Shown here piece after piece: positions 9,913-20,946 of a stretch of DNA of 64,000 bases. Source of the DNA: Alphaproteobacteria bacterium (GTDB lineage: Bacteria > Pseudomonadota > Alphaproteobacteria > UBA828). Positions within the stretch are counted from its first letter, which is position 1. Each line of letters begins with the position of its first letter. The stretch lies in NCBI GenBank assembly GCA_965214705.1, contig OZ243972.1:2400001-2464000 (forward strand), given 5' to 3'. Below the pieces are notes generated by a model that had not been told where the DNA came from, made no database searches, and saw nothing but the letters and a program-made list of their open reading frames with translations. The translations under genes and the position numbers were made by a program.

Positions 9913-12657
9913 ATGAACGCACCTGACTCTCCGCCGGACCTCTTCGACCGACGGACTCTTGCAGATGCGATCCACCGGCTCCGTCGCGACGACCGGAAGA
10001 GCGTGCTCGAAGTTATGCGGCGCGCCCGCGATCAAGGCCGTGAGGCGCTTCGGCGACGCCTCGAAGCCGGAGCGTCGGGTGCCGAGATCGTTGCAGCCCA
10101 GACCACTCTGATCGACCAGCTTCTGCGCGTGCTGCTGGATCGGGCGGCCGAGGTCCTCTACCCGCTGCCCAACCCGACCACGGCCAACCGTCTTTCGCTG
10201 CTGGCGGTCGGCGGCTACGGCCGGGGCGATCTGTCGCCCCACTCCGATATCGATATCCTCTTCCTGCACCCCTACAAGCTCACCGCCCGCAGCGAGCAGA
10301 TCATCGAGCATCTGCTCTACATGATGTGGGACCTCGGCTTCACGGTCGGCCATGCGACCCGTTCGGTCGCCGATTGCCTTGGGCGGGCACGGGACGACAT
10401 GACGATCCGCACCGCGGTGCTCGAATCGCGCCGCGTGTGGGGCGACCAGGCGCTCTATGACGGGTTCCGCCATCGATTTCTTGCCGAGCTGGTGCCTGGC
10501 ACCGAGGCCGAGTTCGTGGCCGCCAAGATGCGCGAACGCGATGAGCGACACGTGCGCGCAGGCGATTCGCGTTATCTCCTGGAGCCTAACGTGAAGGACG
10601 GCAAGGGTGGCTTGCGCGACCTCCACGTGCTGTTCTGGATCGCCAAGTATCTCTTCCGTGTCGAGCGTTTCGGCGAGCTGGTGGAGCGCGGCGTGCTCAA
10701 TCAGCACGAATACGATCGCTTTGCGCGGGCTGAGGACTTCTTGTGGCGGGTTAGGGCGCACCTCCACATCGTCTGCGACCGCGCCGAGGATCGCCTCACC
10801 TTCGACCGGCAACCCGAGATCGCAGCGCGCATGGGCTACGGGCCGCGCCGCGGCAATCTCGCCGTCGAGCGGTTCATGAAGCACTATTTTCTGGCTGCGA
10901 AGGAGGTGGGCGAGCTCACGCGGGTCTTCTGCGCGGTGCTGGAGGCAGAGCGGCTCCACAGCGCTCCGGTCCACCGCTCCGGGACGGTGACGGGCCCTGC
11001 CCGCGACGGGCTGTTCGTCTCCGGTGGACGCATCGCGGCGGTCAGCGTGGACACCTTCATGGAGCGCCCGGTGCGTCTCGTGACGATCTTCCGCCGCGCC
11101 CAGATCGAAGGCCGCGACATCCATCCCGCCACTGCGCGCTTGATCCACCAGGGCCACGGTCTGATCACCGCCGAGGTGCGCGACGACCCCGAGGCCAACC
11201 GCGCCTTCCGCGCGATCCTCACCGACAGGCGCGATCCCGAAAAGATTCTTCGGATGATGAACGAGGCCGGCGTGATGGGGCAGTTTCTGCCGGACTTCGG
11301 CCGCGTCGTCGCGCAGACCCAACTCGATCTGTATCACGTCTATACGGTCGACGAGCACAGTATTCGGGCCATCGGCGTGCTCGCCGCGATCGAAAGAGGC
11401 GACCATGCCGACGAGCTGCCGCTCGCCAGCACCCTGATTCACCAATTGCGGATGCGCGATGTGCTCTATCTCGCGCTTCTCCTGCACGATGTCGCGAAGG
11501 GACGGGGCGGCGACCATTCGGAGATCGGCGCCGAGATCGCACGCGAGGTCGCCAACCGGCTACAATTCACACCGGATGAGGTCGAGACCGTCGCCTGGCT
11601 CGTCCGCTGGCATCTCCTGTTCAGCATGACCGCGTTCAAACGCGACCCCAACGATCCGCGCACCATTGACGATTTCGTCGGCCGGGTCCGCTCGCTCGAG
11701 CGCCTGCGGCTCCTGCTGGTGCTGACCGCCGCCGACATCACCGCCGTTGGGCCGGGGCGCATGACGGCGTGGAAAGGCTCGCTCCTGCGCATGCTCTACC
11801 ACCGGGCCGAGGCGGTGCTGGCCGGCGGCCGCGAGGCCGAGGACCGGGAGGCGCGCGTGACGAATGCCCGGCAGGCTCTGCATGCCCGCCTATCGGACTG
11901 GACCGAGGCAGAGGTCGCGCAATTCGAGGCCAGACTTCCCGAGAACTATTGGCTCTCCACCGACAGCGCGATGCAGGAACGCCACGCCCGCCTCGTGCAA
12001 GGCGGGGACAGGGGGCCCCTGGTCGAGACCCGCATCGATCAGACCAGGGAAGCGACGGAGATGACGCTCTACACGCCCGATTACATCGGCCTGTTCGCCG
12101 CCATTGCCGGCGCAATGGCCAATTCGGGTGCGAACATCATCGACGCCCGCGTCTTTACCACCAGTGACGGGATGGCCATCGACACGATCTGGATTCAGGC
12201 CGCAGGCGGCGGCGCGATCCGCGACGAAGAGCGCCTGGAGCGGCTCGAGCAAAGCGTGGTGCGCGCGCTCTCCCAAGATGACGCGGGTGCCGAACGCGCG
12301 GATGAGGCGGCCTTCGTGGCCGCACCTCTGCCAGCGCGCTCTGCCCCGATCGCGCTCGAGCCCCATGTCCTCGTCGATAACGGTGCGAGCATCGGCTACA
12401 CCGTAATCGAGGTGAGCGCGCGCGATCGCCCAGGGCTCCTCTACGACATCACGCGGACGCTCAGCGCCTGCGGCGTCTCGATCGGCTCGGCGCACATTTC
12501 GACTGTGGGCTCCCGCGCCGTCGACGTCTTCTACGTGAGGGACCGTTTCGGCCTGAAGCTTTCCCGCGAAGCGCAGATCGCGCAGGTGCAGGGCCGCCTG
12601 ACCGAAATGCTCTGGCGCCAGTCCGGCGATGCGACGCGCCGCCGCGCGGCCGGCTAA
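9913..12657 (+). CDS. glnD: [Protein-PII] uridylyltransferase
   Basis: AVGGYGRG.L.P.SDID nucleotidyltransferase motif, EPNVKDGKGGLRD, HD domain (YTVDEH, LLHDVAKG), two ACT domains. Confidence 0.96.
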   Translation: MNAPDSPPDLFDRRTLADAIHRLRRDDRKSVLEVMRRARDQGREALRRRLEAGASGAEIVAAQTTLIDQLLRVLLDRAAEVLYPLPNPTTANRLSLLAVGGYGRGDLSPHSDIDILFLHPYKLTARSEQIIEHLLYMMWDLGFTVGHATRSVADCLGRARDDMTIRTAVLESRRVWGDQALYDGFRHRFLAELVPGTEAEFVAAKMRERDERHVRAGDSRYLLEPNVKDGKGGLRDLHVLFWIAKYLFRVERFGELVERGVLNQHEYDRFARAEDFLWRVRAHLHIVCDRAEDRLTFDRQPEIAARMGYGPRRGNLAVERFMKHYFLAAKEVGELTRVFCAVLEAERLHSAPVHRSGTVTGPARDGLFVSGGRIAAVSVDTFMERPVRLVTIFRRAQIEGRDIHPATARLIHQGHGLITAEVRDDPEANRAFRAILTDRRDPEKILRMMNEAGVMGQFLPDFGRVVAQTQLDLYHVYTVDEHSIRAIGVLAAIERGDHADELPLASTLIHQLRMRDVLYLALLLHDVAKGRGGDHSEIGAEIAREVANRLQFTPDEVETVAWLVRWHLLFSMTAFKRDPNDPRTIDDFVGRVRSLERLRLLLVLTAADITAVGPGRMTAWKGSLLRMLYHRAEAVLAGGREAEDREARVTNARQALHARLSDWTEAEVAQFEARLPENYWLSTDSAMQERHARLVQGGDRGPLVETRIDQTREATEMTLYTPDYIGLFAAIAGAMANSGANIIDARVFTTSDGMAIDTIWIQAAGGGAIRDEERLERLEQSVVRALSQDDAGAERADEAAFVAAPLPARSAPIALEPHVLVDNGASIGYTVIEVSARDRPGLLYDITRTLSACGVSIGSAHISTVGSRAVDVFYVRDRFGLKLSREAQIAQVQGRLTEMLWRQSGDATRRRAAG

Positions 12658-12691
12658 TCTGCCGGCCCTCTACCGGCCACCCGTGTAACCG

Positions 12692-14269
12692 ATGGCACTC
12701 GCCCGCTGGGCCGCGACGGTCGGCGGCTACACCATGGGCTCGCGCGTTCTCGGCTTTCTGCGCGACATCCTGATCGCGTCCGTTCTCGGCGCGAGCCCAG
12801 TCGCCGATGCCTTCTTCGTCGCATTCAAGCTGCCCAACTTCCTGCGGCGGCTGTTCGCCGAAGGCGCATTCAACGCTGCCTTCGTGCCGCTCTTCGCGGG
12901 CACACTGGAGCGCGACGGGCGCGAGGCGGCCAAATCGTTCGCCGAAGACGTGCTGACCGTCCTGCTATGGACGCTGCTGGTGCTCGTCATCGCGGCGCAA
13001 GTCTTGATGCCCTGGCTCATGCACGTGCTGGCGCCGGGCTTCGCGGACGAGCCCGGCAAGCTCGATCTGACCGTGCAGCTCACACGCCTCACGTTCCCCT
13101 ACATCCTCCTGATTTCGCTCGTCTCCCTCCTCGGCGGCGTGTTGAATTCTCTCTACCGCTTCGCCGCCGTGGCGGCGACGCCGATCCTGCTTAATCTCTG
13201 CCTGATCGGGGCCTTGCTCGGGCTCGCGCGCTGGACCGAGACGCCGGGGCATGCGCTGGCGGTGGGTGTCACGGTCGGCGGCATCGTTCAGTTCGTCTGG
13301 CTGGTGGTCGCCGCCTCGCGCGCAGGGATGTCGCTCCGCCTGCGCCGGCCCCGGCTCACACCGGGGGTCAAGCGACTGCTGATCCTCGCCGCACCGGCGG
13401 CGCTCGGCGCCGGCGTCGCCCAGATCAATCTGGTCGTCGACATCATCATCGCTTCGCTCTTGCCCACCGGCTCGGTCTCCTACCTCTATTACGCCGACCG
13501 CGTAAATCAGCTTCCCCTCGGCGTCGTCGGGGTCGCGGTCGGGACCGCGCTGCTGCCGCTGCTGAGCCGCCAGCTGCGGGCGGGCGAGACGGACGAGGCG
13601 TCGAACAGTCTGAACAGGGCGATCGAGATGGCGCTGCTCTTGGCAGTGCCGGCGGCGGTCGCGCTCATCGTCATCGCTGGCCCCGTGATCGCGGTCCTGT
13701 TCGAGCGCGGCGCCTTCGGCGTGACAGAGAGCGACGCCACGGCCGGCGCGCTGGTCGCCTATGCCGCCGGGTTGCCCGCGTTCGTCCTGATCAAGGTGCT
13801 GGCGCCCGGCTATTTCGCGCGCCAGGACACCAGGACGCCGGTGCGGATCGCCATCCTCTGCCTCGCGGTGAACGTCGTGCTGAACCTCGCCCTCATGGGC
13901 CCGCTCGCCCACGTCGGGATCGCGTTGGCAACCACGCTCGCCGGCTGGCTCAATGTCGGTCTTCTGGCTGCGGGCCTGGCCCGACGCGGCTTCCTCAAGC
14001 CGGACCGCAGGCTTAGGCGCCGATTGCCGCGCATGATCGCGGCGTCGGCCGGCATGGCGGTCGTGCTCTGGGCGCTCGCGCTGGCCCTGGAGATGGCGCT
14101 GGAAGTGGCGGGCTTGCGCATCGCAGCGCTCGCCGCCCTCGTCGCCGCTGGTCTCGTCGTCTACGGCGCGCTCGCCATCGTCACAGGAATCGTTTCGGTG
14201 GGCGAAATGCGCGCGCTGTTGGCCCGGCAGCAACGGCAAGACAAAGGGCAAGACCAAGGCCAAGGTTGA
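12692..14269 (+). CDS. murJ: Lipid II flippase MurJ
   Basis: [35 protein letters not shown]. Confidence 0.96.
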   Translation: MALARWAATVGGYTMGSRVLGFLRDILIASVLGASPVADAFFVAFKLPNFLRRLFAEGAFNAAFVPLFAGTLERDGREAAKSFAEDVLTVLLWTLLVLVIAAQVLMPWLMHVLAPGFADEPGKLDLTVQLTRLTFPYILLISLVSLLGGVLNSLYRFAAVAATPILLNLCLIGALLGLARWTETPGHALAVGVTVGGIVQFVWLVVAASRAGMSLRLRRPRLTPGVKRLLILAAPAALGAGVAQINLVVDIIIASLLPTGSVSYLYYADRVNQLPLGVVGVAVGTALLPLLSRQLRAGETDEASNSLNRAIEMALLLAVPAAVALIVIAGPVIAVLFERGAFGVTESDATAGALVAYAAGLPAFVLIKVLAPGYFARQDTRTPVRIAILCLAVNVVLNLALMGPLAHVGIALATTLAGWLNVGLLAAGLARRGFLKPDRRLRRRLPRMIAASAGMAVVLWALALALEMALEVAGLRIAALAALVAAGLVVYGALAIVTGIVSVGEMRALLARQQRQDKGQDQGQG

Positions 14270-14321
14270 CGGCGGCGCGCGAGGGCGCGATAAGGCGCGC
14301 CCCCGGTGGAGCGTTCCTGAC

Positions 14322-15314
14322 ATGAAGCGGGTCTTTTCCGGCGTACAGCCGACCGGCAACCTGCACCTCGGCAACTACCTCGGCGCGATCAAGAACTGGG
14401 TCGCGATGCAGCAGGAGTACGACTGCATTTATTGCATCGTCGATCTCCACGCGATCACGGTGGCGCAGGATCCGGAAGAGCTCACGAACAACACGCGCGA
14501 GGTCACGGCCGGGCTGATTGCCGCCGGGCTCGACCCCAAGACCTGCATCATCTTCAACCAGAGCAGCGTGACGGGACACGCGGAGCTTGCCTGGATTCTC
14601 AACTGCTTCACTCCGCTCGGCTGGCTCAACCGCATGACGCAGTTCAAGGAGAAGGCGGGGAAGAAGCGGGATAGCGCGCTCCTCGGCCTCTATGCCTACC
14701 CGGTGCTGATGGCCGCCGACATCCTGCTCTACCACGCGACGGCCGTGCCGGTGGGCGAGGACCAGAAGCAGCACCTGGAGCTTTCGCGCGATATTGCGAG
14801 CGCGTTCAATCGCGCCTACGACGTGGAATTCTTTCCCCTGCCCGAGCCGATGATCTTCGGCGCCGCGACGCGGGTGATGAGCCTGAGAGACGGGCGCAAC
14901 AAGATGAGCAAGTCGGACGGGTCCGACTACGCGCGAATCAATCTGACCGATGATGCCGACACGATCGCGCTCAAGATCAAGCGCGCCAAGACCGATTCCG
15001 AGCCCGGCCTGGCCCACGACCTCGAGTGGCGTCCCGAAGCGGCGAACCTGCTGAGCATTTACGCGGCGCTCGCCGACGAGCCCATTGAGAGGGTGGCCGC
15101 CGAGCATTCCCTGATGGGTTTTGCCGACTTCAAGGGCAAGCTTGCCGATCTCGCAATCGAGACGCTCGGCCCGCTCGCTGCACGCATGCGTGAGCTGTTG
15201 GCGGACCCCGGCTACATCGACGAGGTGCTCGCCGACGGCGCCGAGCGCGCCCGGCACATCGCCGACGCCAACCTTGCCGAAGTGCGGCGCATTATGGGGC
15301 TGCTCGACGCCTGA
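14322..15314 (+). CDS. trpS: Tryptophan--tRNA ligase
   Basis: [30 protein letters not shown]. Confidence 0.97.
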   Translation: MKRVFSGVQPTGNLHLGNYLGAIKNWVAMQQEYDCIYCIVDLHAITVAQDPEELTNNTREVTAGLIAAGLDPKTCIIFNQSSVTGHAELAWILNCFTPLGWLNRMTQFKEKAGKKRDSALLGLYAYPVLMAADILLYHATAVPVGEDQKQHLELSRDIASAFNRAYDVEFFPLPEPMIFGAATRVMSLRDGRNKMSKSDGSDYARINLTDDADTIALKIKRAKTDSEPGLAHDLEWRPEAANLLSIYAALADEPIERVAAEHSLMGFADFKGKLADLAIETLGPLAARMRELLADPGYIDEVLADGAERARHIADANLAEVRRIMGLLDA

Positions 15315-15445
15315 GCGGCTCCAGGCAGCGCTTTGCGGCCCAAGTCAGCGACAAAACTGCACGATTACAGACTTTTCGCTTGCGCTACTTGAGCGGGAGG
15401 CGCATGTAACGTGCGCATCCCCATACGCACGACGCTGTTTTCCCG

Positions 15446-16360
15446 ATGGAGATCTATCTCCCAATCGCCGAGCTTTCAGCCAATGCGCTGATTCTGCTCG
15501 TTCTCGGCGGCGGGGTGGGCTTGCTGTCGGGTATGTTCGGCGTGGGCGGCGGCTTTCTGATGACACCCCTCCTGATCTTCCTCGGGGTGACGCCCTCGGT
15601 CGCCGTTGGAACCGGTACCAACCTGATCATCGCGTCGTCGGTCTCCGGTACGATGGCGCACTGGCGCCGGGGCAACGTCGACTTTCTGATCGGTGCGCTG
15701 ATCTCCTGCGGCGGCGCGGGCGGCGCCTGGCTCGGCGCCTTCCTCTTCAAGCTGCTCAGCGACGCGGGCCAGATCGACCTGGTGATATCGCTCTCCTACG
15801 TGCTGTTTCTCGGGGTGGTCGGCTGCCTGATGGCGGTGGAGAGCGTGAGGGCGACGGTGCGGCGCCAGCGCACGGCGCACCGCAAGGCGCACCACCACAC
15901 CTGGATTCACGGGTTGCCGCTCAAGCTGCGCTTCCGCCGCTCGCGCCTCTACGTCAGTGCGATCCCGCCGTTCGTCCTTGGCTTCCTCATGGGCATCATT
16001 GCCTCCATCATGGGCGTCGGCGGCGGGTTCTTCATGGTGCCGGCGATGATCTACCTCATCGGCATGCCGACGGCGGTGGTGGTGGGCACCTCGTTGCTCG
16101 GGATCATCGTGATCAGCTCGGTTTCCTGCTTCGCCCACGCCATCAACAACAACAACGTGGACATCATCCTCGGCCTTCTGCTGGCGGTCGGCGCCGTCAT
16201 CGGCGCCCAATACGGCACGCGGCTCGGCGGGCGCATCCGGGCGGAGCATCTCCGGGGCCTGCTTGCGCTTATGGTGCTCGCGGTGGGTGGCCGGCTGGCA
16301 TACTCGCTGGTGGTGATGCCCGACGATCCCTTCGCGGTCGCACCGCTGTGGGGGAACTGA
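15446..16360 (+). CDS. TauE/SafE (TSUP) family transporter
   Basis: MEIYLPIAEL start, two GVGGGF motifs, multiple TM helices. Confidence 0.88.
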   Translation: MEIYLPIAELSANALILLVLGGGVGLLSGMFGVGGGFLMTPLLIFLGVTPSVAVGTGTNLIIASSVSGTMAHWRRGNVDFLIGALISCGGAGGAWLGAFLFKLLSDAGQIDLVISLSYVLFLGVVGCLMAVESVRATVRRQRTAHRKAHHHTWIHGLPLKLRFRRSRLYVSAIPPFVLGFLMGIIASIMGVGGGFFMVPAMIYLIGMPTAVVVGTSLLGIIVISSVSCFAHAINNNNVDIILGLLLAVGAVIGAQYGTRLGGRIRAEHLRGLLALMVLAVGGRLAYSLVVMPDDPFAVAPLWGN

Positions 16361-17115
16361 TGCGGCGCGTGCTCCAACTGCTCGGGATGGTCTTCGCCGT
16401 CGGCGTCGCGGCAGTGCCCGCCGCGGCACAGGAGCACGACGAGCCCTTGCTGATCGCGCTCTCGACCCAGCGCATCGAGATCGACTCGAACTTCGCCGGC
16501 ACCTCGATCCTGCTCTTCGGTGCGACCGACATGGCGGGCGACGTCGTGGTCTCCGTGCGCGGGCCGGAGGAGCCGGTGGTGGTGCGCCGCAAGCTGCGGT
16601 CCGTCGGCGTCTGGGTCAACCAGGAAGCGATCGCCTTCCGCAACGTGCCCGGCTACTACTTCGTCGCTGCCTCAAGCCCGCTCGAGGACATCGCCCCGGA
16701 AGAGTTTCTCAATCGCGAGCAACTGGGCTCGAAGCGTCTGCTGCTCGAGGCGATCTGGTTCGACACGTCGGGCGATGCGGACGAGTTCCGCGCCGCCCTG
16801 CACCGCCACAGGGAACGCGACTCGCTGTACAGGTCGGAGCCGGGCGTGGTCGAGTTCATCGACGAGCGATTGTTCCGCACCACGATCGACCTGCCCGCCC
16901 ACGTGCCGACCGGCGAATACCTGGTGGAGGGGATGCTCCTGGTCGACGGCCAAGTGCTCAGCACGCGTTCGGCGGCGCTCACCATCGAGAAGGCGGGCTT
17001 CTCGGCGGACATTTCCACCTTCGCGCGGACGGACGAAGCCCTCTACGGCATCATTGCTATCGCGCTCGCGCTGGTGGCAGGATGGTTGGGCAGCTTCGCC
17101 TTCCGCAAGGGCTGA
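16360..17115 (+). CDS. TIGR02186-like conserved membrane protein
   Basis: Signal peptide, I.SNF.G..ILLFGA, VVRRK...GVWVN, C-terminal TM; usual partner of the upstream TauE gene; TGATG coupling. Confidence 0.8.
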   Translation: MRRVLQLLGMVFAVGVAAVPAAAQEHDEPLLIALSTQRIEIDSNFAGTSILLFGATDMAGDVVVSVRGPEEPVVVRRKLRSVGVWVNQEAIAFRNVPGYYFVAASSPLEDIAPEEFLNREQLGSKRLLLEAIWFDTSGDADEFRAALHRHRERDSLYRSEPGVVEFIDERLFRTTIDLPAHVPTGEYLVEGMLLVDGQVLSTRSAALTIEKAGFSADISTFARTDEALYGIIAIALALVAGWLGSFAFRKG

Positions 17116-17136
17116 GGACGCGGCGGGATCGATGCG

Positions 17137-17643
17137 ATGACCGAGCAGGCGCCGCCCGAAACGGACGCGGCCCACGTCGCCGGGCAGGTCACCTTCCTGG
17201 TCTGCGTCGCGGACGACGGCCATTCCGAAGTGGCGGCGCGGTTCGCCGCGCTGCGCGCCCGCAATTCCGGCGGCCGCGTGGCACTCATTCACGTGGTGCA
17301 GCCGCCGGAGTTCCAGCATTGGGCCGCGGTCGGCGAGCTGATGCGGCAGGAGACGCGGGAGGAAGCGGAAGCCCTCCTCCAGTCCATCGCCGCCAAGGTG
17401 GAGGACGTCACCGGAGAGTCGCCGAGCGTGGCGGTGCGCGAGGGCGGCATCGGTGACGAGATTCTGGGCCACGTGGCCGAGAACGAAGCGATCAACCTGT
17501 TGGTCGTCGGCGCGGCCCCGCCCGATCAGGGGCAGGGATCGCTGATTTCCTGGCTGGCCGGGCAGCTCGCCGGCCAGCTCAATATCCCGCTCGTGGTCGT
17601 CCCCGGCAACCTGAACGATCAGCAGCTCCAGGATTTGACTTAG
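17137..17643 (+). CDS. Universal stress protein
   Basis: FLVCV.D N-terminus, LLVVGA, IPLVVVPG C-terminus. Confidence 0.87.
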   Translation: MTEQAPPETDAAHVAGQVTFLVCVADDGHSEVAARFAALRARNSGGRVALIHVVQPPEFQHWAAVGELMRQETREEAEALLQSIAAKVEDVTGESPSVAVREGGIGDEILGHVAENEAINLLVVGAAPPDQGQGSLISWLAGQLAGQLNIPLVVVPGNLNDQQLQDLT

Positions 17644-17679
17644 CCGGCTGTGCAGCCTCGGCAAAGGCGCAATTGCGGC

Positions 17680-17699
17680 TGTGCATAAGCTGTGGAATA
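17680..17699. promoter_or_regulatory. Tandem DnaA-box-like sites upstream of the nfu gene
   Basis: TGTGCATAA (= TTATGCACA) at 17680 and degenerate TGTGGAATA at 17691. Confidence 0.35.
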
Positions 17700-17802
17700 T
17701 CGCCAAAATCGCTTATATTCAGATAGTTAGCCAATGGGCTTGACCTCGCAGGGAGTCTGCACCACGTTTTAGGCGCCCACTTTGGGCAGGGTTGGGAAAA
17801 GC

Positions 17803-18360
17803 ATGTTCATCCAGACCGAGCGGACCCCGAACCCGGCGACATTAAAATTCCTGCCCGGAGAGGCGGTGATGTCGTCTGGGACTGTGGACTTCCGCGATGT
17901 CGAATCGGCGGAGCGTTCGCCGCTTGCGCGGCGGCTGTTTCAGGTCGAGGGCGTCACCGGCGTTTTCTTCGGTGGCGACTTCGTCTCTGTCTCCAAGTCC
18001 GATGATGCCGACTGGCAGTTGCTGAAACCCGTGATCCTCGGCGTGATCATGGAGCACTTCGTGGCGGGCCATCCACTCCTCCTCGACGATGCCGCGCAGA
18101 CGGCTGAGGAGGCGGCGGACGAAGGCGCCGATGCGGAGATCGTCGGCCAGATCAAGGAGCTGCTCGATACGCGGGTGCGGCCCGCCGTCGCACAGGATGG
18201 CGGGGACATCATCTATCGCGGATTCCAAAACGGCATCGTGATGCTTCAACTGCAGGGATCGTGTCAGGGCTGTCCCAGCTCGACCATGACCCTGAAGATG
18301 GGCATCGAGAACATGCTGAAACACTACATCCCGGAAGTCGTGGAGGTGCGCGCCGTCTAG
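17803..18360 (+). CDS. NifU/Nfu family Fe-S cluster carrier
   Basis: MFIQTE.TPNPATLKF, RVRPAVAQDGGD, GSCQGCPSS. Confidence 0.93.
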   Translation: MFIQTERTPNPATLKFLPGEAVMSSGTVDFRDVESAERSPLARRLFQVEGVTGVFFGGDFVSVSKSDDADWQLLKPVILGVIMEHFVAGHPLLLDDAAQTAEEAADEGADAEIVGQIKELLDTRVRPAVAQDGGDIIYRGFQNGIVMLQLQGSCQGCPSSTMTLKMGIENMLKHYIPEVVEVRAV

Positions 18361-18408
18361 TGCGGCTCGTGCGCTCCCGGCGAAGCCGGGGGAGGGAGTT
18401 AGGGCGTT

Positions 18409-19866
18409 TTGATAAGTGCCGAGGGGCGGGCCCCTGCGCGCGCGCGCAGGGGGAGTGCCCGGTGTTCCCGGCGAAGCGCGCTTGACGCGCCGGCGGAATC
18501 GGCAGGCGGTCAGGGGGTCGCTTCCCTGTCAGTGCCTGGCGTATGGGGAGTTGCGGCACTCGCGGCTCTCGTCTTGACTGCTGCCGGCGCTGAACCGATC
18601 AAGCCGGCCGCTGCCCGAGACGCATCGCCGTTAGGTTTCCTCGCCGCCGGGCCAGTGTCGATGACCGATGCCGCGGCGGAAGCGCCCGCACCCGCAGCCG
18701 ATTCACCGTCCGTGCTCGACCGCTTCGATTTGGTCTTCTCTCTGTCGGAGGCTGCACCTCAGGACATCCTCCCGCTCGCAGTGGTTGACCGGCTTCTTTC
18801 ACTGGCACTCGTTCCTCCCGGTGGTCCGCAGGAAGCCGCGTGGCAAGTGACGGCTGCGGTGCCGGATCGGCCGATCACCGCGTCGCCCCGCTACGCGCCG
18901 ACGATCATGCGGCTCGGGACGCTGCAGGCTGAAGATCCGCCGCCGCTACCCCCGCTGGTGTCGAAGCCGCGCAAGCTGGCACATACCGGCACGAGCGACG
19001 CGATACCGTTGGTTGTGCTCAAGCCTCCAATAAGGGGCACGTCGGCCAACGCCGTCATCGCGCGCTTCGAGTCGATCGGCTACGACCTCGACCAGGTGCG
19101 GAGGGCGGCCAGTCCCGTGCCGCGCTTCTATCTCGATGCGCTCCCGCGCGATCTCGCCGGCATGTCGCCGATCAGTGCAAAGAAGCGGCTTTTCTTCCAG
19201 GCGGTCCTCCCGATCGTTCTCCAGGTCAACGAGGAGATCACCGTCGACCGCTGGCGGCTGGAGCGACTGGCAGACAGGTTCACGCGGGCCGACACGCCTT
19301 CACCTGCCGACGCGATCTCGTCCGCTGACCGGGAATGGCTCGCCACAATGGCCGACCTCTACGGAACGGCCCCGTTCGACGTGCGGGAGCTTCTGAACCG
19401 GATGGATGTCGTGCCGCCCTCGCTGGCGCTGGCACAGGCGGCGGAAGAGTCGGGGTGGGGTACCTCCCGCTTCGCGCGGCAGGGCAACGCGCTCTTCGGT
19501 CAATACACCTACAAGTCCAAGTCCGGCATCCTGCCCGCGCGGCGCGACGCGGACAGAAGGCATCGCGTGCGCAGCCATGACAATCTGCTCGCGGCGGTGC
19601 GCGCCTATGTCCACAACCTCAACAGCCATTGGGCCTATGATGACTTCCGCCGCCGGCGGGCTCAGCTACGCCGGGATGGTGGCCAAATTAGCGGCTACGT
19701 TCTGGCCGGCGAGCTGCGGACCTATTCAGAGCGACGCGGGGCTTACGTAGAGAGCATCCGCCGGATCATTCGGCAGAACCGGCTCGGCGACTTCGACCGG
19801 GCGTGGTTGTACAACCGCCAGTGGACGACGGTGGTCGGCCCGCCGAGCAGGCGGCCGCCCATCTGA
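18409..19866 (+). CDS. Glucosaminidase (GH73/Bax-like) protein with a long Pro/Ala-rich N-terminus; start uncertain
   Basis: LAQAAEESGWGTSRF, GNALFGQ, NLNSH.AY, YSER..AY motifs. Confidence 0.82.
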   Translation: MISAEGRAPARARRGSARCSRRSALDAPAESAGGQGVASLSVPGVWGVAALAALVLTAAGAEPIKPAAARDASPLGFLAAGPVSMTDAAAEAPAPAADSPSVLDRFDLVFSLSEAAPQDILPLAVVDRLLSLALVPPGGPQEAAWQVTAAVPDRPITASPRYAPTIMRLGTLQAEDPPPLPPLVSKPRKLAHTGTSDAIPLVVLKPPIRGTSANAVIARFESIGYDLDQVRRAASPVPRFYLDALPRDLAGMSPISAKKRLFFQAVLPIVLQVNEEITVDRWRLERLADRFTRADTPSPADAISSADREWLATMADLYGTAPFDVRELLNRMDVVPPSLALAQAAEESGWGTSRFARQGNALFGQYTYKSKSGILPARRDADRRHRVRSHDNLLAAVRAYVHNLNSHWAYDDFRRRRAQLRRDGGQISGYVLAGELRTYSERRGAYVESIRRIIRQNRLGDFDRAWLYNRQWTTVVGPPSRRPPI

Positions 19867-19917
19867 CCAGTCGGCTGCGTGCGCAGGCGGTTAGTGGGAA
19901 CCGCCAGTCGCGCGCCG

Positions 19918-20946
19918 TCAAGGCACAACGAACTGCAGGCCGAACCAGCGCCAGCGCCCCTCTTCGGCGGGGGCGGTGCAATTGAGCCGGGCCCGGCCGG
20001 GCGGGAAGGGCCCGTCAAAGTTGACCTGCACGCGTCCACCTTCCTCGTGCTCGATGGTGGCAACGACGCCGCCCGACGCGAAGCAGGCGAGGGCGTTGCG
20101 GTTCGCCAGCGGCGGCTCGATCGTAAAGCCGATCACCGGCGGGTTCTGCTCCAAGATCTGATCTGCCGGCGTCACGTCGCGGGCGCCAAGCGACAGGGTG
20201 TCCACGATCAGCTTGAAGCGGTCGAACTCGCCGTAGCGCTGATTTAGCGCAAAGCGCGGCAAGTTGAGCGTGTCCGAATGCGCTCCGACGGCGCCGGAGT
20301 GTTGGCCGAAGGCCGCGGCGAAGCCCAACTCCGCGACGAGCGTTCGCAGGGCGCCGTTCCATTCGCCGTAGGGGTAGGCGAAGAGCGCGGCGTCCAAGCC
20401 GAGCTCCTCCTGAATTCGTTGGCGTGCCTTCTCAAGGTCTTCTCTGTTTGCAGCGTCGTCGTTCTGCCACATGCGTCCGTGCGCGGCGCCGTGATTGCCG
20501 ATGGTCACGCCGGCCGCGACCAGCTGACGGAGCTCGTCCCAGCTCATGATGCTCGCGTGGCCCTGGTCGACCGGATCGGTGGAGACGAACACGGTGAAAG
20601 GGAAGCCCGCGGCCTCGAATCGCGGCCATCCCTCGACGAAGGTCGAGCGCGTTGCATCATCGACGGTGATGCCGATGGTGCGATCCGGCAGAGACCGGCC
20701 GGCGTCGAGAGCGGCAAGAATCTCCGGAACCGGAAGCACGGTGTAACCGCCGGTCGAAAGGTGCTCGATGTGCGCCTCGAACTGCTCGATGGTGACGCTC
20801 GTCGACGGATACGCGTCCTCGCCGAAGCGGTGATATTGCAGGATGACGGCCGAATCTGCGGCGACTGCCGGCCCGATGCCGGCCGCAATCGTGGCGGTCA
20901 TCGCCCAGCCGATGCATATGGTGCGGAGGAGCCGACGAGCGCTCAT
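19918..20946 (-). CDS. Polysaccharide deacetylase family protein, exported
   Basis: ILQYHRFG, ITVDD, IGNH...H, FAYPYGE; signal peptide. Confidence 0.87.
   Translation of the reverse strand: MSARRLLRTICIGWAMTATIAAGIGPAVAADSAVILQYHRFGEDAYPSTSVTIEQFEAHIEHLSTGGYTVLPVPEILAALDAGRSLPDRTIGITVDDATRSTFVEGWPRFEAAGFPFTVFVSTDPVDQGHASIMSWDELRQLVAAGVTIGNHGAAHGRMWQNDDAANREDLEKARQRIQEELGLDAALFAYPYGEWNGALRTLVAELGFAAAFGQHSGAVGAHSDTLNLPRFALNQRYGEFDRFKLIVDTLSLGARDVTPADQILEQNPPVIGFTIEPPLANRNALACFASGGVVATIEHEEGGRVQVNFDGPFPPGRARLNCTAPAEEGRWRWFGLQFVVP

Noticed and set aside
14228-14266. Short CAAGRC-like repeats at the murJ end
   Set aside because: In-frame low-complexity Q/G/D tail, too short to imply a function
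17644-17800. Replication origin
   Set aside because: Only one good DnaA box, a short intergenic region and none of the usual origin-flanking genes
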